From the NCBI GenBank assembly GCA_902601315.1, contig CACKMS010000004.1, forward strand, positions 20,672 through 84,671: a stretch of 64,000 nt of DNA, written 5' to 3'. The notes under the pieces are model-generated. The model saw only the letters and a list, made by a program, of their open reading frames with translations, did not search any database and was not told the DNA's origin. This stretch comes from an uncultured Pelagibacteraceae bacterium (GTDB taxonomy: Bacteria > Pseudomonadota > Alphaproteobacteria > Pelagibacterales > Pelagibacteraceae). Of this stretch, positions 9,538 through 17,901 are shown one piece after another. Made by a program: the position numbers and the translations under genes. The number at the start of each line of letters is the position of its first letter. Positions within the stretch are counted from its first letter, which is position 1.

Positions 9538-11280
9538 TTATTCAATTGATGCTTTATCCCTTTTATCACTTACCGCTGCAACAATTGGGCTAATTACACC
9601 TTTTGCTTTTACGTTGATGCATGCAGTTTTACCACTTTCGATAGCTCTTTTTAATGCAGGTGCTAACTGTTCTCTTTTTGTTACAAGCTCCCCATGTCCT
9701 CCAAAGCCTTCAAATATTTTATGGAAAGGTATATCTCTAAAATCTGTTGCAAAATGTTTACCGCTCTCAAATAATCTTTCTTGTTGTTGAGATATACAAT
9801 CGAGACCTCCATTATTATCAATTACAACAATTATTGTTTTATTTTCTTGAAAAGCAGCTTCAATTGATAATCCTCCAGATAAAAAGGCTCCATCACCACT
9901 TATTAAAATTACTTTTGAATCAGGGTTTATATTTTTTGCAGAAAGCGCAAAGGGAACTCCAACACCTAACATGCTAAATGTGCCTGGATGAAGTATTCCT
10001 CCCAATTTTTTTCCTTTTGAACCTGCAATGTTAATTGCAATTTCAGACCAGAAGTGTGTATTTCCCCCATCTATAACCAGCCAATCATTTTCACCAATAA
10101 CATCTTGAACATCTAAAGCTAATTGAAGTGGATGCATTTTACCTCCATTTGCTTCTGCTTCTTTTGTCTCTTTATTTAAATCACTTAAAGTTTTATCAAC
10201 CCATTCTTGCTTTTTCTCTCTGTTAAGATCAAACCAATCTTTACCCAAAGTCCATTTATTGTTTGTCTTAAGCTTATTAAGGGTATCAAAAAATACCCCA
10301 GGATCGCATAACAAATTTATATCTGCTGCTCTATTAAGTTCTATTTCCTCATGAGATCCGTTTATACAAACAAGTCTAGTTGTCTTAGGAAATAGTGGTG
10401 GATTTCCAAAATTCATCTGATTATCTAATCTTGCTCCAACCATTAGAACTAAATCAGACTCATTTAATGTAAATTTGGAAGGTGGATATTGATGAATATC
10501 AGCAAGACCCATATATGCATTAGCTTCTTCACCAAGTAATTTCTGGTGGTAAGGAATATTAAATATTGGAATATTTAAATTACTTCCTGCCTTTTCTAGT
10601 TTTTTTTCAGATCCAGACCACCAAACTCCATGCCCACCAATTAAAACAGGTTTTTTTGAGTTACAAGCAAGCTCTAGCACTTCTGCCATATGAGTTGGAT
10701 CAGGCCATGCTTTTGCAATTGGTTTAGTTTGATGAGAAAAAGGTCTCTCTTCAAGTCCTGCGTCTTCTGGAAAAGATGAGAACATAATATCAACCGGCAT
10801 ACTTAAGTGAACAGCACCTGGATATCCATTTGTTGCAATTCTATATGCTTTGTCGACAAACTCTCTTATTCTTGTCCCATCAGTTATACTTGCGCTATAT
10901 TTTGTTAATGGAGCCGCAATAGCAACGTCATCAATTTCTTTAAATCCACCCGACCCTTGTCTTTTCAAACTACTTGATCCAGTTATAAAAATTACAGGTG
11001 ATCTCTCTCCCCATGCTTCCATCATAGATGGAACAGCATTAGCAAATCCTTCTGGACCAACAAGACAAACTGCAGGCTTTCTAGTTATTCTTGTATGTCC
11101 ATCAGCAATGTGACCAGCTATTTGTTCATGAGGACAATTAATTACTTCCATCTGGCATTCCATAAATCCTTCAAGTGCAGGGTTACAAAATCCACCTGAC
11201 AAAGTAAAAACATGTTGAACACCTTTATCTTTTAAAGCTCGTGCAATTAATGATCCACCTCTAATTTTTTTTTCTGACAT
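9538..11280 (-). CDS. Thiamine diphosphate-dependent enzyme (acetolactate synthase / 2-hydroxyacyl-CoA lyase-like)
   Basis: HEQ catalytic Glu, GDGAF...NN ThDP-binding motif, PGTFSMLGVG. Confidence 0.88.
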   Translation of the reverse strand: MSEKKIRGGSLIARALKDKGVQHVFTLSGGFCNPALEGFMECQMEVINCPHEQIAGHIADGHTRITRKPAVCLVGPEGFANAVPSMMEAWGERSPVIFITGSSSLKRQGSGGFKEIDDVAIAAPLTKYSASITDGTRIREFVDKAYRIATNGYPGAVHLSMPVDIMFSSFPEDAGLEERPFSHQTKPIAKAWPDPTHMAEVLELACNSKKPVLIGGHGVWWSGSEKKLEKAGSNLNIPIFNIPYHQKLLGEEANAYMGLADIHQYPPSKFTLNESDLVLMVGARLDNQMNFGNPPLFPKTTRLVCINGSHEEIELNRAADINLLCDPGVFFDTLNKLKTNNKWTLGKDWFDLNREKKQEWVDKTLSDLNKETKEAEANGGKMHPLQLALDVQDVIGENDWLVIDGGNTHFWSEIAINIAGSKGKKLGGILHPGTFSMLGVGVPFALSAKNINPDSKVILISGDGAFLSGGLSIEAAFQENKTIIVVIDNNGGLDCISQQQERLFESGKHFATDFRDIPFHKIFEGFGGHGELVTKREQLAPALKRAIESGKTACINVKAKGVISPIVAAVSDKRDKASIE

Positions 11281-12438
11281 TTAATATTTAAAATCCCTTA
11301 TAAACCTTTCTGCAATTATATCTGAAGAAATATCTTTTATATCAGTTAAACCTACCAATCCCAAGGCAGTACTTAATTCGTCTTTAATAATATCAACAAC
11401 TCTCTTTAAACCTTTTGCTCCATCAGCTCCAATACCATACATAAGAGGTCTTCCTACCATTGTAAAATCTGCACCTAGCGCTAAAGCTCTTACAATATCG
11501 CTTCCACCTCTTATACCGCTATCGAATATGATAGGATAATCTTTACCTAAGGCATTTCGTATTATTGGAAGTGCTTCTATTGAAGAAGTGGCGCTATCTA
11601 ATTGTCTTCCACCATGATTAGATACCTGAATAGCATCAGCTCCTTCAGACTTTATTTTTAAAGCATCTTCTGGAGACATCACTCCTTTAATAATTAGTTT
11701 ACCTTTCCACTTTTCTCTAATTCTTTTTAAAGTAACCCAATCAGTAGCTCCTCTACTTTCACTTCTAACAAACTTGTTACCTCTTTTTGAAGTTTCATAA
11801 TTCATTGGTTTTGGGATCCCACCTAACAAGGTAGATATTGACCAGTTTGGATGAGTTGCAAAATCTATAAATTGTTTAACTCCAAGATTAAAAGGAACGG
11901 CAAATCCATTTCTATTATCTTTAGCTCTCCTAAATTGAATGGGCACATCAACAGTGAGAATTGCAACTTTGTATCCTGTTCTTTCAGCTCTTTCTAATAA
12001 TTCCATCACAAATTCTTCATCCTGGAAATTATAAAGTTGTAACCAAACATGACCTTTTGAATATTCATACATTTGTTCTAATGAAGTTGATGATGCCATT
12101 GAAACACACATAGGTATATTGTTGGACAAACTTTCTTCAGCTAACATTTTATCTGCACCAGGCCAGGTTAAATTACACATACCCATTGGAGCAAATCCAA
12201 AAGGCTGATCGTATTCAAAACCTAGAATATCTTTTTTAATAATTCTTTTTTCAACATTCCTTAATACTTTAGGTTGAAGCCTTATTTGATCTAAAGCTTT
12301 GCTGTTATTCTCACATAATTTTTCATCACCAGATGCGCCATCAACGAAATCAAACATTAATTTAGGTACACGTTTTTTTGCAACTATTCTTGCTTCTTCG
12401 ACACTATGAATTTTTTTACTTGGAGTGATGTTGGTCAT
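11281..12438 (-). CDS. FMN-dependent alpha-hydroxy acid oxidase/dehydrogenase (LldD-like)
   Basis: FDFVDG, WLQLY, LTVD, IKG, SNHGGRQLD, DSGIRGG, GRP. Confidence 0.92.
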   Translation of the reverse strand: MTNITPSKKIHSVEEARIVAKKRVPKLMFDFVDGASGDEKLCENNSKALDQIRLQPKVLRNVEKRIIKKDILGFEYDQPFGFAPMGMCNLTWPGADKMLAEESLSNNIPMCVSMASSTSLEQMYEYSKGHVWLQLYNFQDEEFVMELLERAERTGYKVAILTVDVPIQFRRAKDNRNGFAVPFNLGVKQFIDFATHPNWSISTLLGGIPKPMNYETSKRGNKFVRSESRGATDWVTLKRIREKWKGKLIIKGVMSPEDALKIKSEGADAIQVSNHGGRQLDSATSSIEALPIIRNALGKDYPIIFDSGIRGGSDIVRALALGADFTMVGRPLMYGIGADGAKGLKRVVDIIKDELSTALGLVGLTDIKDISSDIIAERFIRDFKY

Positions 12439-13124
12439 AATTTATTTATATACTCATTAAGACTAATTTTGCTGTTTTTATCAATGAAATAAGCATCACA
12501 ACCATTTCTAGCAGAACAAACTTCTTTTGCAGAACCATCAACAAACAATACTGCTACACCATCATCAATTGCTATGCCGGGTGGTAACTTACTATTTTTA
12601 ATATCCAATTGGTATTGGGTCATACGTTCTGGAACTGATGAGTGGGGTGTGCAACTGCCAGATAAAATATTTATACCTCTCAGTGGATTGTAACCTGGTC
12701 CCGCAGAATCTGATAAGACCCAATCAAACCAACAAACAGCACCAGCACTTATTCCAGACAAAATAATTCCAGAGTTATAAGCATCTTTAAATAATTTTAT
12801 GAGATTGTTATCCTCCCAAACTTTAATCATAAACTTTGTGTTACCACCTCCAATATAAATTATATCTTGTGCAATTAACCATTCTTCAAATCCATTACTT
12901 GAGGAACATAATTCAAAGTGTGAAAGTTGAATATTATATTTATCTAATTCACTATAAAATAAATTTATTTTATCCTTATTATCTTCGCTAGCAGTTGGCA
13001 GAAAACCAAAATTAATTTGTTTTTTTTTACACTGATCAATTACAAATTTATCCAAAACTTCATCACTTCTATGAGTAAAACCACCACCACCTATGGCAAT
13101 AATTTTTTTTTGATTTTGACCCAT
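12435..13124 (-). CDS. pepE: Peptidase E-like protein (S51 family)
   Basis: AIGGGGF, PTAS, GGGNT, GISAGA (nucleophilic Ser), PH, IDDG. Confidence 0.85.
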   Translation of the reverse strand: MGQNQKKIIAIGGGGFTHRSDEVLDKFVIDQCKKKQINFGFLPTASEDNKDKINLFYSELDKYNIQLSHFELCSSSNGFEEWLIAQDIIYIGGGNTKFMIKVWEDNNLIKLFKDAYNSGIILSGISAGAVCWFDWVLSDSAGPGYNPLRGINILSGSCTPHSSVPERMTQYQLDIKNSKLPPGIAIDDGVAVLFVDGSAKEVCSARNGCDAYFIDKNSKISLNEYINKL

Positions 13125-14350
13125 TAATTATTAGAAAGGCCTTCCCATGGTTTTGGCTGTGATGGAATATCTTTGTTAACTCCCCTAACTATTTCTCCTT
13201 TAGCATCATACATAGGCAGTTTACAAAGCTCACCTTTTCTAATATTGCCATCTGTACATTTCACATCTAGAATTGCACCAGGTCCTAAATCGTAATTATT
13301 CATATGAACTATTCCAACCCCACAAACCTGGTAAGGTGACCATGTACTTGATGTAACTTTTCCAACTAATTTATCTTTTAAATTTAGACAATTTCCCTTA
13401 AGTGCTATTCCATCTTTAATTCTTATTCCCCAGGTTTTACAATTTTTATCAGCAGCAACTAAAGCTTCTTTCCCAATAAAATTTTCCTTATCTAGATCAA
13501 CAAATTTTCCAAGACCAACAGAAAACGGATTTGTATTTTTATCAAAATCTTGCCCAGCTGATAAAAGTCCAGCCTCAATACGCCTTCCTCTAAATGAGGG
13601 AGTAGCAGTTAAGATCATCCCCATTTTCTTTCCCTCTTCTAAAATTAAATCTCCAATTAATTCAGCGTTGTTTTCAGGTCTTAAATAAAGCTCCCAACCA
13701 AGTTCATTAGTGAAACCGGTTCTACTAATAATTAGTTTTTCTCCTTTAATTGTAACTGTTGTCCAATCAAAGTACTTCCAAGTTTTAGCTATATCTTCAT
13801 CAATTAAATGATCTAGTAATTCCATTGATTTAGGACCTTGTACTTGGCTGACCCATACATCTGGATCAGTAATATTTACTTTTAATCCATGTGCATTTGC
13901 TTTGTACCATGAAAATAAATCACCATCAGCTTGAGCAAACCAAAATTTATTTTCTTCAATTCTTAATAACAAACCATCTGTAATCATTCCGCCATCATGA
14001 TAGCATGCAAATTGATAAGAGCATCTTCCAACATTTACTTTTGAAATATCTCTTGGAAATATTTTTTGTAAAAGTTTTAGAGCATCTGGACCAGAAACTT
14101 CATAAGGATATTCACCAGTGTGTCTTAAAATTAATTCTTGTCTTGTTTTCCAATACATTTCATCTGGTGTTGCATTAGATAATTTTTCAGTTGTTAGTCT
14201 TCCTGCGTACTGTGAATATTCTGGGTCAAATGGTAGCTCTTGATACGTTAAAGGATGAACAGGCAAAGTTCTTGCTAATTCAAGAGATCTACCTTTTTCA
14301 ATCATAGATGGTTTTATTGAAAAACGTACTTTTTTTAAGGAGTCGTGCAT
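13124..14350 (-). CDS. GcvT-family aminomethyltransferase/demethylase of unknown substrate
   Basis: GGMITDG, QVQGPKS, SRTGFTNELGWELY, RRIEAGL, GKVTS. Confidence 0.85.
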   Translation of the reverse strand: MHDSLKKVRFSIKPSMIEKGRSLELARTLPVHPLTYQELPFDPEYSQYAGRLTTEKLSNATPDEMYWKTRQELILRHTGEYPYEVSGPDALKLLQKIFPRDISKVNVGRCSYQFACYHDGGMITDGLLLRIEENKFWFAQADGDLFSWYKANAHGLKVNITDPDVWVSQVQGPKSMELLDHLIDEDIAKTWKYFDWTTVTIKGEKLIISRTGFTNELGWELYLRPENNAELIGDLILEEGKKMGMILTATPSFRGRRIEAGLLSAGQDFDKNTNPFSVGLGKFVDLDKENFIGKEALVAADKNCKTWGIRIKDGIALKGNCLNLKDKLVGKVTSSTWSPYQVCGVGIVHMNNYDLGPGAILDVKCTDGNIRKGELCKLPMYDAKGEIVRGVNKDIPSQPKPWEGLSNN

Positions 14351-14429
14351 GTAAGTTTCTATTATTACGATAGTTTATACTACGAATTGATAAACAGGAA
14401 ACCCCAAATAACTCAATAGGTTTTCTGTG

Positions 14430-14458
14430 TTGATATCAAAGTTCGTACTTGTTAACTT
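14430..14458 (+). promoter_or_regulatory. Candidate sigma70 promoter for the peptide-type ABC operon
   Basis: TTGATA-N17-TAACTT, about 25 nt upstream of the ATG at 14484. Confidence 0.45.
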
Positions 14459-14483
14459 TCTATTTTAACAAAGGGAAATAATT

Positions 14484-15971
14484 ATGAGAACAATTTGTAA
14501 ATTGATATCAGTTTCACTGGTATCGTTGTTATTCTCTTTTTCATTAGCTAATGCATCAAGTGGAGTATTTAAACTTTCACATGATTTAGGTTTTGGAAAA
14601 GACACAAATCTTGATGCAATTTCAAAAGGAAGATTGTTTCAGGTTGTTATAATGACACAAAACCGTTTAGTAAGAAAAGACCTTAAAGGAGTAACATCCG
14701 CTGAGCTTGCAACTGATTGGTCAGCCAATGCTGATGCAACAGAGTGGACTTTCAATCTTCGTAAAGGTGTAAAATTTCATGACGGATCTGATTTTGATGC
14801 AGAAGATGTAAAATATTCTTTAATGAGAGTTAAAGATCCAGATATTGGATCTCCTGCAAAGAAAAGTATGAGTTCAGTAACAGACATCGAAGTTGTTGAC
14901 TCACATACAGTAAAAATGAAGTTAAATACTTCCTTTGCTGACTTTCCATTATTACTAACTGACTATAGATTAAGAATGATCCCATCAGGATCTGGAGATA
15001 CTATTGGTAAAACTGGAGTTGGTACTGGCCCATTTATCGTAGAAAAATTTGATCCAGAAGGAACAACTGTTTTAAAAGCAAACTCTGATTACTGGGAAGG
15101 TGCACCAGGATTAGCTGAAGTACATGTAATCGCAATACCAGATGGTGAAGCTAGAGTTCAAGCTCTTCTTACTGGTCAAATTCATATGAACAGATACGTA
15201 CCATTTAGCCAAAAGAAAATTTTTGATGGAAATTCAAAATTTAATGTTTCAGTTGTTCCAACTGGAAACTGGAGAGGAATGGTTATGAGAACAGACACAG
15301 CTCCTTTTGATAATCCAAAAGTGAGAAAAGCTATTCGTTTAGCTGTAGATAGACAAGAGCTTGTGGATTTAGTTATGGGTGGAGCAGCAACTGTTGCGTG
15401 CGATACTCCTGTGGCTCCTTCAGATCAATATCGTTTGAAAATGAAGTGTCCTCAAAACATTAAAAAAGCTAAAAGTCTTTTAAAAGAAGCTGGATATCCG
15501 AACGGAATTGAAATGGTAATTCACGTTTCTACAAAAGAACCAACTTGGCCAACTATTGCTGAAGTTCTTCAACAACAATTAGCAAAAGCAAACATCAAAG
15601 CTGAAGTGAAAATGACTCCATCAAAGAGTTATTGGAAAGAAACTTGGATGAAAAAACCTGTTGCTATGACACGTTGGAATGAAAGACCAGCAGACAGTGC
15701 GTTGCATGAAATTTATCACAGTGGCGCAAAATGGAACGAGTCATTCTTTAAAAATCCTGCTTTTGATGATAATTTAGCAAAAGCAAGAGGTGAGCTTAAC
15801 TTTAATAAAAGAAAGAAAGCTTATCAAAATGCTCAAAAGACTTTATGGGAAGAATCTGGCACTATGATTCCTTACCACGTATCTAAGTTAGTTGTGACTT
15901 CTTCAAATGTTAAAAATTTAGATGAAGTTGAAGTTTTCTCAGTACGTTGGCATAAAGTAAAAATGAAATAA
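14484..15971 (+). CDS. ABC substrate-binding protein, family 5 (Dpp/Opp/Nik type)
   Basis: Signal peptide; LATDW...WTFNLRKGVKFHDG..FDAEDV; GTGPF; VRKAI. Confidence 0.92.
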   Translation: MRTICKLISVSLVSLLFSFSLANASSGVFKLSHDLGFGKDTNLDAISKGRLFQVVIMTQNRLVRKDLKGVTSAELATDWSANADATEWTFNLRKGVKFHDGSDFDAEDVKYSLMRVKDPDIGSPAKKSMSSVTDIEVVDSHTVKMKLNTSFADFPLLLTDYRLRMIPSGSGDTIGKTGVGTGPFIVEKFDPEGTTVLKANSDYWEGAPGLAEVHVIAIPDGEARVQALLTGQIHMNRYVPFSQKKIFDGNSKFNVSVVPTGNWRGMVMRTDTAPFDNPKVRKAIRLAVDRQELVDLVMGGAATVACDTPVAPSDQYRLKMKCPQNIKKAKSLLKEAGYPNGIEMVIHVSTKEPTWPTIAEVLQQQLAKANIKAEVKMTPSKSYWKETWMKKPVAMTRWNERPADSALHEIYHSGAKWNESFFKNPAFDDNLAKARGELNFNKRKKAYQNAQKTLWEESGTMIPYHVSKLVVTSSNVKNLDEVEVFSVRWHKVKMK

Positions 15972-15981
15972 TACTTAATTT

Positions 15982-16016
15982 ATTTACAGGCCTAATTATT
16001 TAGGCCTGTAAATTTT
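15982..16016 (+). terminator. Hairpin terminator/attenuator after the SBP gene
   Basis: ATTTACAGGCCTA-ATTATT-TAGGCCTGTAAAT, a perfect 13-bp stem, followed by T residues. Confidence 0.8.
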
Positions 16017-16058
16017 CTTCTACCTTTAAAATATTTTTAATTAGTTTAAATTTAAACA

Positions 16059-17015
16059 ATGTTATTATTAGTATTAAAGAGAATACTTCTAGGTTTTATC
16101 ACTCTTTTTATTGTCTCTTTAATTACATTTTCTGGTGTTGAGGTTTTGCCTGGTGATGCTTGTACAACTTATCTTGAAAGAGAAGCATACGGTGCAGCTT
16201 TAGAGGCATGTTATGAAAGATTAGGTTTAAACACACCAGCGCATGAAAGATATATTTCATGGGCAGCTGGAGTTCTTCAAGGTGATTTTGGTTATTCTTT
16301 AAGTGGTGAAATGAGAATAAACGACGTCTTAGGACCAAGGGTTAAAAACTCCATGGTTCTTGCATCTGCCTCTATACTTATAGGAATTCCTATTGCTTTA
16401 TTACTTGGAATTATAACTGCTCTTTGGAGAGATAAACTTCCAGATATTATAATTTCAACAATTACAATTTTTTCTATGACAATTCCTGAATTTATTAGTG
16501 CAACATTATTAATTTTAATTGTTGCTATTTGGTTAGAGTGGCTTCCTGGAATTGTAATTGTGCCAACGGGTGTATCAATTTCAGAATTGTTGCCAAATAT
16601 CATTTTACCTGTAATTGCAATTTCAATGATTATGACTGCGCACATGGCAAGAATGGTCAGATCAAGTGTTATACAAGTTATGGCAAGTGACTATGTTCAA
16701 ATGGCAATTTTAAAAGGAGTTCCATATTGGAAAATGGTATTTAAGCATGTGCTTCCTAATGCTTTACTCCCAGCAATAAATGTAGTGGCTCTTACAATTG
16801 CATGGTTGTTAGGGGGAGTTGTTGTAACGGAAGTTGTTTTTAACTATCCAGGTCTTGGTAGATTAGTAATAGAATCTATCTCGAATAGGGATTTGCCCGT
16901 TGTTCAAGCTCTAGCAATTATTTTAGCATCAATTTATGTGAGCATTAATTTAATTGCAGATCTTATGACGTTAATGCTCAACCCAAGACTTAAATCTTTA
17001 CAGATTAAAAAATAA
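16059..17015 (+). CDS. Peptide-type ABC permease (DppB-like)
   Basis: LPGD, GDFGYS, ARMVRS, KHVLPNA, EVVFNYPGLG. Confidence 0.92.
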   Translation: MLLLVLKRILLGFITLFIVSLITFSGVEVLPGDACTTYLEREAYGAALEACYERLGLNTPAHERYISWAAGVLQGDFGYSLSGEMRINDVLGPRVKNSMVLASASILIGIPIALLLGIITALWRDKLPDIIISTITIFSMTIPEFISATLLILIVAIWLEWLPGIVIVPTGVSISELLPNIILPVIAISMIMTAHMARMVRSSVIQVMASDYVQMAILKGVPYWKMVFKHVLPNALLPAINVVALTIAWLLGGVVVTEVVFNYPGLGRLVIESISNRDLPVVQALAIILASIYVSINLIADLMTLMLNPRLKSLQIKK

Positions 17016-17900
17016 ATGACATTAGAAAAAGAACAAAAGAAAAATAATCTACAAAAAGTATATGAGGTAATAAAAACTATGGCTTCAAAACCTTCAGGTT
17101 TTATTGGTTTAAGTATTTTGTTGTTCCATGTGATACTTGCAATAACAAGCCCTTTGTATGTACCTTATGATTATAAAGCGATTGATCCTTCGTTAATGCT
17201 TCAAGCACCATCTTCTGAATACTGGTTTGGTACTGATAGTTTAGGAAGAGATGTTTTTACTAGAACAATCTTAGGAGGCAGAACTGCTTTAACAGTGACA
17301 TTTTTTGGTTCTTTAATTGCATTACTTTGGGGTGGTGCATTGGGAATATTTTGTGGACTGGTTGGTGGAAAAATAGATGACGTTGTTATGAGAATTATAG
17401 ATGCGTTTTTGTCTATTCCATGGATCTTAGCAATGCTTTTAATAGTTTCTTTATTAGGAACTACTACACTTGTTTTAATTCCAGCACTCGGTTTCTTTTA
17501 CGGTAAAGGAATTGTTAGAGTAGCAAGAGCAGCAACACACGATGTAATTGCTAAGGATTTTATAGTTTCAGCAAGAGCAAGAGGTCATAGCAACTTATCA
17601 ATAATCTGGAATGAAATTTTACCAAATGTAAGAGATGCAATTATGGTCGAAGGAGCTATGAGATGGTCATGGATGTTACTTGGATTTAGTTCATTATCTT
17701 TTTTAGGATTTGGAGTAAGTCCTCCAACACCAGATTGGGGTTTAATGATTTCAAATGCGAGAGGATTAATGTCTTTTGCGTACTGGGCAGTGTTAGCTCC
17801 AATATTTGGATTAAGTTCATTAATCATTGGAATTAATTTGACAGCCGATGCATTTGCAAAAGCACTTGGAATAGACAGATCAACAAAGGCACCTGTTTAA
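17016..17900 (+). CDS. Peptide-type ABC permease (DppC-like)
   Basis: FGTDSLGRD, EILPN, LSFLGFG..PPTPDWG. Confidence 0.92.
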   Translation: MTLEKEQKKNNLQKVYEVIKTMASKPSGFIGLSILLFHVILAITSPLYVPYDYKAIDPSLMLQAPSSEYWFGTDSLGRDVFTRTILGGRTALTVTFFGSLIALLWGGALGIFCGLVGGKIDDVVMRIIDAFLSIPWILAMLLIVSLLGTTTLVLIPALGFFYGKGIVRVARAATHDVIAKDFIVSARARGHSNLSIIWNEILPNVRDAIMVEGAMRWSWMLLGFSSLSFLGFGVSPPTPDWGLMISNARGLMSFAYWAVLAPIFGLSSLIIGINLTADAFAKALGIDRSTKAPV

Positions 17901-17901
17901 A

